Positions 24,544 to 32,975 of a stretch of 47,419 nucleotides of DNA are shown here, piece by piece. The DNA is from Candidatus Zixiibacteriota bacterium. GTDB lineage: Bacteria; Zixibacteria; MSB-5A5; GN15; FEB-12. The notes under the pieces are model-generated. The model did not search any database. It was not told where the DNA came from and saw only the letters and a list, made by a program, of their open reading frames with translations. Every line of letters starts with the position of its first letter. Positions within the stretch are counted from its first letter, which is position 1. The DNA is taken from positions 2,823,609 through 2,871,027 of the forward strand of contig CP070824.1 in the NCBI GenBank assembly GCA_020344395.1, given 5' to 3'. The translations under genes were made by a program, and so were the position numbers.

Positions 24544-27500
24544 GCTGACAAGATCAAAACAATACGGCCCGTCCCACGCCGGCTCGAACATGAGGCGTAT
24601 GGGACCGTCCCAGCTCCACAGCCATGACACCGAGGAGGAGTCCAGGCAGACCGATCGGCCATCTTGATCGTTGTCGAAAGATGTCGCTATAGTGAAGAAG
24701 ACTTCATCGAAATCCTTGTCCAGACCGGTGAATGGATCATAGCTCCACCCGGCGATTCTAAAGGTATTGATTGACGGATCAGTGATCTGATCGACGACAA
24801 TCGATATGCCTGGCGTGCCTTCACCGTACGCACTGGCCCAGTCAATGGCCGCTGTGTCGACCACAATCGAATCCCACTGGGCGCCATCATCGGAATGCAG
24901 CTTGAAGGAGTGCTGGAAAGACCAGAGTTGCTTGTCTGGCATGCGCGTCCGCATCCGCAGGTGAAAGACAATCGGCGTATTTCCAAGCAGTGTGTCGGTG
25001 CCGAGAAGTCCGTCAACATGGTCCAGAACGATCCTGCCCTCGCAGAACGGGCAGGTATCACAGTCATCAGGTCTGCCGTCACCGTCTGCATCCTGGTTGT
25101 CATCGGACCCCGGGCACAGATCACACGGATCCGCCACACCGTCGCCGTCAGCGTCGACTGAATCATCATAACCTTCACAACGGTCACAGCCGTCGGGTAC
25201 GCCGTCGCCATCGGCATCAGCATAGTCGCCGTATTCCGGGCATACATCGCACCCGTCAGGCGTGCCATCGCGGTCAGAGTCAACAGCGTCATCGTAGCTG
25301 GCACAGAGATCACACAGATCGCCGAAACCATCATAGTCGGAATCAACCTGACCGGCATTGGGCGTGGTGGGACAATTGTCAAGGCTGTCCGCGATGCCGT
25401 CCCCGTCATGGTCAGTTACTTCACACTCATCCGGTATCTCGTTGGAGTTAGTATCAAGAGAGAAACCATCGGCAATATCACACTCGTCGAGGACAAAGTT
25501 GCCGTTGCAGTCATTCGGCGAGGCCGGCATGAAGGCCAGACCGGTCGGGTCGATCAGGTCCGGATCCTGTGTGATGAAGGGACGATGGAGGCTTCGTCCG
25601 GTGACAATATCGAACCCGATGACCCATGGCCCCGGCGGGAGGTTATAACCCGTGGCAACGGTGAACAGATCGCCGCTCGGTCCATAGCAGAGGCCCCACG
25701 GGTCGGTGAGAGGATAATCGTCATTGAACTGTCGCACAAAAGCTCCGCTCGATCCGTCGTATTCAAGTATCTGTCCCGTGTTGCGACTCACGACCAGGAG
25801 GTTTCCGTTCGGGTGGAAGACCATGCCGCGCGGTGAGCTGAGTCCCCCTGAACCCGCGCTCACGAATACTCTGATGAAAGTCCCGTCGGTGCCCGAATAC
25901 TCGCGCACAGCATTATCCTCGCCGCTCACGAACAGATTTCCATCGGGCCCAAAAACCAATCCAAAAGGTGCCACCAGCCCGCCCGAGGAAGGCTCCACGA
26001 ATTCGTCAACAAAGGCGCCGTCAGATGCGTTGAACTTCAGGACACTGTTGGTGAACCTGCTGGTGACGAACAAGCCCCCGTCAGTTTCACGGATGACCAG
26101 AGCCGTGGGCCCTGCCAGCCCGCCGGTGCCGGACGGCACCAGTTCTTCCCAGACGTCGTTGGACGGATTAACCCGGACGACAGCATCCTTCCCGTAGCTT
26201 GCCACATAGACTTTCCTGTCCGAACCCACGACCACGTCCCATGGATCTTCAACGAGGGCAGTGCTGCGAAACTCAGCCACGGGCACCCCGCTTGCTCCAT
26301 GATATTCCAACACTACGTCCGTCAAGCAGGCTACGTACAGGTTGAATTCCCTGTCGAGCTCCTGCCAGTCCTGGAAATAGTTCGAGTTGCAGTCCTGACA
26401 CATATCCAGCACGCCGTCACGGTCGATATCAAGATCCATCTCGAAAGCCAGCATATCCTTGATCTCTATCCAGTCGAGAACGCCGTTGTCGTTGCAGTCC
26501 GGATCGCACTCGTCCGGGACATTGTTGCCATCCAGGTCAGGCGCACTGCCGGTCGTAACTTCCCATTCGTCAGGTATATTATTAACGTTACAATCAGGCT
26601 CACAGACATCCGGTATGCCGTTGCCGTTCACATCGGGCATACCGTTGGTTATGTCCTGAGGGTCCAGTATACCATTGCTATTGCAGTCCTGGCATTCATC
26701 GGGTATCCCGTCCGTATTTACGTCGAGGCTTGTGCTTTCGAGAATATCTGTCACGTCGTCAATATTGTTCCCGTTGCAATCATACCAGTGACAGCCGCCG
26801 CTGGTCACCCACCACTCGATCACTTCCTGTACGCGAGAATGAAAACGCAAGTCAACGTTCAGGGCCGTGCCCGGATGATTAGAGCAGTAAGACATGATAG
26901 TGCCGCGCGAGGATACGGCCGGATCCCCGACGCAATTGTCAATCGGCGGATGATAGCCATTATGCGTGTGTAACGAACCGAAGTTATGACCCATCTCGTG
27001 GGCCACCAGAAACAGGTCGAAATTGTCGATGTGGGGCGAGGTCACCGGTGTTGGAAAGCTGCCCCTCATGCGGGAGACATAACTAATGCCGCTATTCCCG
27101 CATGTACCTCCCACGGCTGCGATACCGCTGAATGAAAGATCAGCTCGCCCACTCCAACCCTGAACCAGGTCATAATAGTCGAAGTCATATACCTCGCCTG
27201 CATATGACCAGTAACCCGTGTAATCGGTGACATCATAGGGCTCGCCGTGAGGCCAGAGGGAAATACTCTGCAAAACGAGTTTGACATTCATGTCACGCTC
27301 GTAGATGTCGCTGACCGCACCGAGCACCTGGATCATATATTCCTGCGCCGCAGTTACATTGCCGAATATCTCAACGTACCAGTGGTCTCCCTCGGTACCG
27401 ACTAAAGCTACCTGCACGCCGGCGGCGTCCAATGTCGGCGCCGTCTCCGGGGAAACAGGAATCGTCAACGTGTCCATCGCGGCTTCTACGCCGCAGAAGT

Positions 27501-28062
27501 TGAACGTTTCCAAAGAACTTGAGATGACACTTGCGGCAGCTACCGTCACAGTTGGCTGACCGCGCCGATAGGATTCGGCGGCTGTGCCGACCCAGCGTCG
27601 GTCACTGCCCGATATGTCGACGTACCCGTTGACCAGTCCCGACCGGGAGACAGCCAGATACACGTGCGACTTCGGTTCGCCTGCCACTTTGCCCCGGTAC
27701 AGGGCAACATCTGCAGCCGGATGATCAACCAATCGGCCATCCACCATGAACCGGGTCGACGGCGAGAGGATGCTGAAGCGCTCCAGCTCGAGCTGTAAAG
27801 TTTCCGAGACGGACACAGGCAGCCGGATTTCCCTCACCATATCTCCGCGGAGCATGCGATCCAGACCCTCCGGATGGTGCTTGAGTGAAACTACTCCGGT
27901 CTTCCCGGGCAGAGTCTCCACCCTGAACGGCTCCAAGGCGTCGGAAGCAGGAGCGGTGGAAATCATCAGGACTGCAAACGCAAGAGCTGTCACAGCCGGG
28001 TTCACCCTGCCGCATCCTCCCTGCACCCAGTCCAATGACATGTTTCTGATCAATCTGATCAT
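24316..28062 (-). CDS. Metzincin (reprolysin/M12B-like) zinc metallopeptidase, paralog 1: pro-region, catalytic domain, Cys-linked EF-hand-like loops, NHL-type propeller, TSP3-like repeats, LDHVDG domain, dockerin-like module
   Basis: 1248 aa with SD GGGAGGG. Motifs: VAHEMGHNFGSLHTH (HExxHxxGxxH) and Met-turn-like GTIMSYC. NHL-like blades: APFGLVFGPDGNLFVS, SPRGMVFHPNGNLLVVS. Confidence 0.9.
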   Translation of the reverse strand: MIRLIRNMSLDWVQGGCGRVNPAVTALAFAVLMISTAPASDALEPFRVETLPGKTGVVSLKHHPEGLDRMLRGDMVREIRLPVSVSETLQLELERFSILSPSTRFMVDGRLVDHPAADVALYRGKVAGEPKSHVYLAVSRSGLVNGYVDISGSDRRWVGTAAESYRRGQPTVTVAAASVISSSLETFNFCGVEAAMDTLTIPVSPETAPTLDAAGVQVALVGTEGDHWYVEIFGNVTAAQEYMIQVLGAVSDIYERDMNVKLVLQSISLWPHGEPYDVTDYTGYWSYAGEVYDFDYYDLVQGWSGRADLSFSGIAAVGGTCGNSGISYVSRMRGSFPTPVTSPHIDNFDLFLVAHEMGHNFGSLHTHNGYHPPIDNCVGDPAVSSRGTIMSYCSNHPGTALNVDLRFHSRVQEVIEWWVTSGGCHWYDCNGNNIDDVTDILESTSLDVNTDGIPDECQDCNSNGILDPQDITNGMPDVNGNGIPDVCEPDCNVNNIPDEWEVTTGSAPDLDGNNVPDECDPDCNDNGVLDWIEIKDMLAFEMDLDIDRDGVLDMCQDCNSNYFQDWQELDREFNLYVACLTDVVLEYHGASGVPVAEFRSTALVEDPWDVVVGSDRKVYVASYGKDAVVRVNPSNDVWEELVPSGTGGLAGPTALVIRETDGGLFVTSRFTNSVLKFNASDGAFVDEFVEPSSGGLVAPFGLVFGPDGNLFVSGEDNAVREYSGTDGTFIRVFVSAGSGGLSSPRGMVFHPNGNLLVVSRNTGQILEYDGSSGAFVRQFNDDYPLTDPWGLCYGPSGDLFTVATGYNLPPGPWVIGFDIVTGRSLHRPFITQDPDLIDPTGLAFMPASPNDCNGNFVLDECDIADGFSLDTNSNEIPDECEVTDHDGDGIADSLDNCPTTPNAGQVDSDYDGFGDLCDLCASYDDAVDSDRDGTPDGCDVCPEYGDYADADGDGVPDGCDRCEGYDDSVDADGDGVADPCDLCPGSDDNQDADGDGRPDDCDTCPFCEGRIVLDHVDGLLGTDTLLGNTPIVFHLRMRTRMPDKQLWSFQHSFKLHSDDGAQWDSIVVDTAAIDWASAYGEGTPGISIVVDQITDPSINTFRIAGWSYDPFTGLDKDFDEVFFTIATSFDNDQDGRSVCLDSSSVSWLWSWDGPIRLMFEPAWDGPYCFDLVSTTCCRGLTGNVDNDPEDIVDIGDLTALIDFLFISFEEPVCMDEANADGEGEVDIGDLTTLIDFLFISFEEPAECP
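25036..25416 (-). repeat. TSP3-like Asp/Cys repeat array, coding, inside metallopeptidase paralog 1
   Basis: DHDGDGIADSLDNCPTTPNAGQVDSDYDGFGDLCDLC...DADGDGVPDGCDRC...DADGDGVADPCDLC...DADGDGRPDDCDTC. Confidence 0.8.
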
Positions 28063-28188
28063 TTCTTCTTCCCTCCCAGAACTGAACGCACTAATAGATA
28101 TGCTTCATGTTCTGCATCACGGTGTCATATAGCCAGTCCGGTGTTCTTCCACCCCGGAACGATCGTGTGTCGGTCAAAGCTTTCATGT

Positions 28189-28416
28189 TCACGGACACGC
28201 CGCAGGCGGTGTGAAGCCGATGAACAAGAAATCTATCAGAGACGTCAGATCACCTATATCCACGGGACCTTCACCGTCGATATTGGCCTCATCCATACAC
28301 TCCGGCTCCTCAAAGCTGATAAAGAGGAAATCGATCAGCGCTGTCAGGTCGCCGATGTCGACAATCTCATCCGGGTCAGCATCGACATTGCCCGTAATAT
28401 CACGACAGCAGGATGC
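28189..28416 (-). repeat. Cys-framed dockerin-like module, C-terminal copy
   Basis: ASCCRDITGNVDADPDEIVDIGDLTALIDFLFISFEEPECMDEANIDGEGPVDIGDLTSLIDFLFIGFTPPAACP-stop. Confidence 0.85.
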
Positions 28417-31400
28417 ACTCACGATCTCGAAGCAGTACGGGCCTTCCCAAAGAGGATAGAAGGTGCGGTGGAAGGTCGCCATCCACTGCCACAGCCACTG
28501 GTCGGAAGTCGAGTCAAGGCAAACGGACTTACCGTGCTGGCTGTTGTCGATGGACGTCGCAACCGTCAGGAATATCTCATCAAAGCTCTCGCTCAGCCCG
28601 GTTTCGGGATCGACACTTGACCCCGCAATGCCGAACTCATCCGATCCCGGTGATGGGTTGACGTAAACAGAGAAGCTGGGCGATCCGGGCCCGTACGCTG
28701 CCTGCCAGTCGATGCTGGCCGTATCAACAATGATCGGCTGCCACACCGCACCGTCCTCGGAATACAGCCTGAACGAGTGCTGGAACGTCCATAGTTCCTG
28801 ACCGGCCAGACGTGTCCTTAACCTCAAGTGGAATACGATCGGGGTATTGCCCATGAGCGTGTCTGTGTTGAGAAGGCCGTCCACGTGATCCAGCAGGATC
28901 CTGCCCTCACAGAACTGACAGGTGTCACAGTCATCCGGACGTCCATCCTGATCGACGTCCTGATTGTCGTCAGACCCCGGGCACATATCACACGGATCGG
29001 CCACGCCGTCGCCATCGGCATCCACAGCATCATCGTATCCCTCGCAACGGTCACATCCGTCGGGCACTCCATCGCTGTCGGCATCGGCATAATCTCCGTA
29101 GCCATCGCACACATCACATCCGTCCGGTGTGCCGTCGCGATCAATATCCGCAGAATCGTCGTAGCCGGAGCAAAGATCGCACTCATCCCCCGCTCCATCA
29201 CCGTCCGAGTCAGGCTGGCCGGAATTTGCAACCGTCGGGCAGTTGTCGAGGCTGTCCGGGACGCCGTCTTCGTCGATGTCGAATACCTCGCACTCATCGG
29301 GCACACCGTTAACATCCAGATCTTGCGAATAACCGGAGGTGATGTCACAACTGTCCAGAAATCCGTTCTGGTTGCAATCCCTTGATGACGGCGGCATCAC
29401 GGCCAGCCCGGTCGGAGCAATAAGCAGGGCATCGCCCGTAATGAAATTCCGATGGTGCGGGTGTCCCGTTTCCAGGTCGTATTCGAGGACGGCACCGTTA
29501 TTAGCCACGACAAACAGCGACCCTCTATTGCTGTATTTCATCCCCCAGGGTCCGTTCAAGGGCCAGTCATCGTTGAACTGTCCGACAAAAACGCCGGAAA
29601 CACCGTCGTATTCCAGGACGGCGTCCGTTCCAAAACTTGCCACCAGCAGGTTTCCATTCGGGTGAAACACCATGCCGCGCGGTCCGTTCAGGCCACCGGA
29701 ACCGGGGCTGACAAACTCCCCGACAAAGCTACCATCGGTTCCTGAGTATTCCCTGACCGCGTTGTCCTGGGACCCGACAAACAGGTTGTCGTTGGGCCCG
29801 AAAACCATTCCGTGAGGATTATCCAGTCCGCCCAGCCCGGGCGTGACAAAAGTGTCAACAAAAGCACCGCTGGAAGCATCGAATCTTAATATACAGTCGT
29901 TGACGCTGCTCGCCACAAAGAGCAGACCGTCGGTGTTCCTTATAAGAACGGCGGTGGGACCGTCCAGGCCGCCGGTCGCTGGAGGTATCAGCTCCTCAGA
30001 GCCGCCTGTAGCGGGATCACTGCGCACAATATTGTCATTTCCGAAGCTTGCCAGGTACAGCTTTCTATCCGGACCCACGTCAACATCATACGGATTACCG
30101 ATCAAGCCGCTGGCCAGACGACCGATAATCACTCCGCTGGCACCGTCGTATTCCCGGATCGAATTACCCGAGACCGCCACAAAAACATTGTGCTGCCGCT
30201 CCAGTTCAATCCAGTCCTGGACGTAGTTGCCGTTGCAGTCCTCACACATGTCGATTATCCCGTTGCGGTCAACGTCAATATCCGATCCAACCACCAGAGC
30301 CGATAATATCTCGTCCCAGTCTAACCGGCCGTTGCCGTTGCAGTCGGGGTCACACTCATCGGGGACATTGTTGCCATCCAAATCCGGTGCGGCGTCTGTC
30401 ACAACCTCCCATTCGTCGGGCACGCTGTTATCGTTGCAGTCGGGTTCACATTCATCAGGAATGCCGTTGCCGTTGACATCCGGCATCCCGTTTAAGATAT
30501 CCTGAGGGTCCAGGATGCCGTTGGTGTTGCAGTCCTCGCATTCATCGGGTATTCCGTTAGAATTCACGTCGAGGCTGAAGCCTTCTGAGATGTCTACATC
30601 ATCCTCAACTCCGTTGTCGTTGCAGTCATACCAGTGACAGCCGCCTGATGCCACCTGTGCTTCTATGACCTCCTGTACACGTGAATGAAAACGAATATCC
30701 ACATTCAAGCCGGTCCCCGGCCAGATGTCGCAATAGCCCATTAAAGTGCTCCGCATGCTCATCGGATTGGGCACTGTGCTACTGTTAAAACAGAGGTCAA
30801 TCGGCGGATCATAGCTGTGGGTATGAAAAGAACCGAAATTATGGCCCATTTCATGAGCCACCAGATAGAGATCCCAGTTCCATCGATCCGGCGAGACGAC
30901 CGGCAGAGGAAAACTACCCGTCAGTTTGCCCTCTATACCAACGCCCCAGTCCCCGCAGGTCCCTCCCACCCAGGCGATTCCCGAGTAGCCCAGACCGTTT
31001 CGGCTGCTCCAGAGATGAATCAGGTCAAAGTGCTCAAAGTCGTAATCGGCCCGAACCCAGTCGGTGAATCCATAGAGGTCGGCAGCGTCGAACGGCTCGC
31101 CACCGCCAGGCCACAGGCTAATATGGGTAAGAAGCAGCTTGACATTCAGATCTCTCTCATAAATGTCGCTTATTGCAGCCGTCAACTGGACAACATACTC
31201 CTGGGCGGCCGTTAGATTGCCAAATGTATTCACGAAAGCCTGATCACCTTCTATCCCCAGCCGGGCCACACGCACGCCTGCAGCTTCCACTGTGGGTGTT
31301 TCGGCCCTTACCTCGGGCTCGAGGAGAATCAAATCATCCGTTAGTCCGCATATAAATTCGCTTTCCGCGTCCTCCGACTCCACAGGGGCCGGGTGGACAG

Positions 31401-31917
31401 TAACAATCGGGACACCCTCACGCACTGATTCAGCTGCAGTAGCCACAAAATATGGTCGGCTGCCGGGAATGCTGATATAGCCGTTGACCAGCCCGGAACC
31501 CGAAAGGGCCAAAAACACTTGAGATTCCGGTTCGCTCGCAACCTTCCCCCGGTACACGGCAACATCAAGGTTCGGCCGATCCACCCGGTTGCCGTCGATG
31601 TAGAACCGCGCCGACGGCGACAGCACATCAAACCGCTCCAGTTGCAGGCTCATGGTTTCGGATACCGATACCGGAAGCTCAATCTCCTGGGCGGCCTGTT
31701 CCTCAAGCAATCTGGAAACCGCCTGAGAATTCTGGCTGAGTGTAATGCCAGTTCCCTCCTCGAGCGGTTCGATCTGTTCAAACAAGAGCACGGCATCTGA
31801 ACCTGACGCCACCGGCACCAGAAAAAGGAATACAATGAATATTCTGAGGGACAGGTCAAAGGCGACGCATCCCCTGCGCCGTGGCTGCGGGTCATTTGGT
31901 TGTGGGTGCAAAAACAT
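28189..31917 (-). CDS. Metzincin (reprolysin/M12B-like) zinc metallopeptidase, paralog 2, with the same architecture as 24316..28062
   Basis: Track ORF is 28189..31965. I prefer the ATG at 31915-31917 (MFLHPQ...) because AAGGAGG sits 6 nt upstream. Motifs: VAHEMGHNFGSFHTH and STLMGYC. It is collinear with the neighbouring paralog over its full length. Confidence 0.9.
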   Translation of the reverse strand: MFLHPQPNDPQPRRRGCVAFDLSLRIFIVFLFLVPVASGSDAVLLFEQIEPLEEGTGITLSQNSQAVSRLLEEQAAQEIELPVSVSETMSLQLERFDVLSPSARFYIDGNRVDRPNLDVAVYRGKVASEPESQVFLALSGSGLVNGYISIPGSRPYFVATAAESVREGVPIVTVHPAPVESEDAESEFICGLTDDLILLEPEVRAETPTVEAAGVRVARLGIEGDQAFVNTFGNLTAAQEYVVQLTAAISDIYERDLNVKLLLTHISLWPGGGEPFDAADLYGFTDWVRADYDFEHFDLIHLWSSRNGLGYSGIAWVGGTCGDWGVGIEGKLTGSFPLPVVSPDRWNWDLYLVAHEMGHNFGSFHTHSYDPPIDLCFNSSTVPNPMSMRSTLMGYCDIWPGTGLNVDIRFHSRVQEVIEAQVASGGCHWYDCNDNGVEDDVDISEGFSLDVNSNGIPDECEDCNTNGILDPQDILNGMPDVNGNGIPDECEPDCNDNSVPDEWEVVTDAAPDLDGNNVPDECDPDCNGNGRLDWDEILSALVVGSDIDVDRNGIIDMCEDCNGNYVQDWIELERQHNVFVAVSGNSIREYDGASGVIIGRLASGLIGNPYDVDVGPDRKLYLASFGNDNIVRSDPATGGSEELIPPATGGLDGPTAVLIRNTDGLLFVASSVNDCILRFDASSGAFVDTFVTPGLGGLDNPHGMVFGPNDNLFVGSQDNAVREYSGTDGSFVGEFVSPGSGGLNGPRGMVFHPNGNLLVASFGTDAVLEYDGVSGVFVGQFNDDWPLNGPWGMKYSNRGSLFVVANNGAVLEYDLETGHPHHRNFITGDALLIAPTGLAVMPPSSRDCNQNGFLDSCDITSGYSQDLDVNGVPDECEVFDIDEDGVPDSLDNCPTVANSGQPDSDGDGAGDECDLCSGYDDSADIDRDGTPDGCDVCDGYGDYADADSDGVPDGCDRCEGYDDAVDADGDGVADPCDMCPGSDDNQDVDQDGRPDDCDTCQFCEGRILLDHVDGLLNTDTLMGNTPIVFHLRLRTRLAGQELWTFQHSFRLYSEDGAVWQPIIVDTASIDWQAAYGPGSPSFSVYVNPSPGSDEFGIAGSSVDPETGLSESFDEIFLTVATSIDNSQHGKSVCLDSTSDQWLWQWMATFHRTFYPLWEGPYCFEIVSASCCRDITGNVDADPDEIVDIGDLTALIDFLFISFEEPECMDEANIDGEGPVDIGDLTSLIDFLFIGFTPPAACP
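28903..29280 (-). repeat. TSP3-like Asp/Cys repeat array, coding, inside metallopeptidase paralog 2
   Basis: DIDEDGVPDSLDNCPTVANSGQPDSDGDGAGDECDLC...DADSDGVPDGCDRC...DADGDGVADPCDMC...DVDQDGRPDDCDTC. Confidence 0.8.
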
Positions 31918-32113
31918 GTGAGTCCTCCTTAATACCATACGCTGATAGTAAACCGTCAGATGCATCTTCTTTCATAGTTGTCCGCGCACGCACGATCATC
32001 TCAGACTTGCGGCCTTGACGAGCGATCGCAGCACGCATTACCACGTTGCAGAACGCCAATATGACGAACGGCATTATCTAAATGTTGTGATGTAAACGAC
32101 TGCCGGCCTCCCC

Positions 32114-32146
32114 CATACAGAAAAGTCCCCGAGGTCACTCAGGGGC
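32114..32146 (-). terminator. Terminator-like hairpin in the long leader upstream of metallopeptidase paralog 2
   Basis: Minus strand reads GCCCCTGAG-TGAC-CTCGGGGAC followed by TTTTCTGT. The stem is 7 bp with one bulged base. Confidence 0.35.
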
Positions 32147-32198
32147 TGTTCCGCAAACAGTCGGAAGCTCTTCTCAAGCGGAAGTGCTTCTAATCCTT

Positions 32199-32226
32199 AG
32201 TCTACTCCAAAATGCCGGTTTGTCAA
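32199..32226 (-). promoter_or_regulatory. Candidate sigma-70-type promoter at the head of the island
   Basis: Minus strand: TTGACA (32226-32221), 16-nt spacer, TAGACT (32204-32199), ~280 nt upstream of the ATG at 31917. Confidence 0.35.
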
Positions 32227-32380
32227 GGAATTTCCATTCCGCCGGTCTCACCCGCCGGTGCCCGGCGATCACCCACCAACATCAGTGAAGTCATGGAATA
32301 CTGGATTATCCGGACAAAGACGATCTATGTACACCCCTATTCCGAACATCACATGGATGCGCTGAAGGTGCTTTGACCCC

Positions 32381-32430
32381 AGGCAAAGCAAAACCCCCAG
32401 ATCTCATTGACTTGGGGGTCTTTTGTCTTT
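32381..32430 (-). terminator. Hairpin with T-tracts on both strands, just 3' of tRNA-Leu (possible bidirectional terminator)
   Basis: Stem CCCCCA (32394-32399) / TGGGGG (32413-32418) with a 13-nt loop. The minus strand continues TTTTGCTTTG and the plus strand continues TCTTTTGTCTTT. The stem is short and the loop large. Confidence 0.45.
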
Positions 32431-32431
32431 A

Positions 32432-32513
32432 TGCGGAAGGCGGGATTTGAACCCGCACGGATTGCTCCACTACACCCTCAAGATAGCGTGTCTACCGATT
32501 CCACCACTTCCGC
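32432..32513 (-). tRNA. tRNA-Leu, anticodon GAG, long variable arm, CCA not encoded
   Basis: Reverse complement reads GCGGAAG-TG-GTGG-AATCGGTAG-ACAC-G-CTATC-TTGAGGG-TGTAG-TGGAGCAATCCGT-GCGGG-TTCAAAT-CCCGC-CTTCCGC-A. It has a 7-bp acceptor stem, a canonical T-loop and a class II variable arm. The D-arm pattern matches bacterial tRNA-Leu. The anticodon stem has one C-T mismatch. Confidence 0.85.
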
Positions 32514-32528
32514 AAATCATACTTGTCT

Positions 32529-32975
32529 TCAGTTGCTGTCCGGTGGCGTCGCCGGAGCTTCCTGCATCAGATCTTCAATCGACGTTCCACTCTCCTGGGC
32601 AATTGAATCCTGACGCGCCCGCTCCTCGGCCTGCCGCTGTTGTTCCAGATAACGATCCTGCTCCTCGGACATCTTCCGACCAACCACCGATTCGGTCGCC
32701 TGAGACCCATCGGTGGCCACGATGCGATCGGACGACATAAAGGCCAGGGCACCGCAGTTCAGCATAAAGACAACGGCCAGCACAGTCGTCGCTTTGGTCA
32801 GAAAAGTGGCTGCTCCCCGACCGCCGAAGACAGCGCCGGACATGGCACCGCCGAAGGCCGTGCCCCCGGCCAGTCCTTCACCCTTGGCCGACTGCATGAG
32901 AACCACTATGATCAGCAGAAAACAAACCAGAACATGAAATACCATCAAAATGGTGAACAAAGAATTCACCTCCAC
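32529..32975 (-). CDS. secG: Preprotein translocase subunit SecG, with a ~65-aa acidic/Gln-rich C-terminal extension
   Basis: N-terminus ...MVFHVLVCFLLIIVVLMQSAKGEGLAGGTAFGG...ATFLTKATTVLAVVFMLNCGALAF matches the SecG two-TM pattern. The GTG start directly abuts the tpiA stop, and tpiA-secG synteny is conserved. Confidence 0.85.
   Translation of the reverse strand: MEVNSLFTILMVFHVLVCFLLIIVVLMQSAKGEGLAGGTAFGGAMSGAVFGGRGAATFLTKATTVLAVVFMLNCGALAFMSSDRIVATDGSQATESVVGRKMSEEQDRYLEQQRQAEERARQDSIAQESGTSIEDLMQEAPATPPDSN

Noticed and set aside
32293-32376. A 27-codon plus-strand ORF (MEYWIIRTKTIYVHPYSEHHMDALKVL) ending just before the hairpin at 32394-32418.
   Set aside because: It has no SD-like sequence and no recognisable family, and it is very short. 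The hairpin is adequately explained as the tRNA/secG operon terminator.
32381-32513. tRNA-Leu bordering the island, suggesting an integrated mobile genomic island.
   Set aside because: No integrase, transposase or phage genes are in the window. I found no direct repeat of the tRNA 3' end by eye, and the far boundary is off-window. The adjacency is suggestive only.
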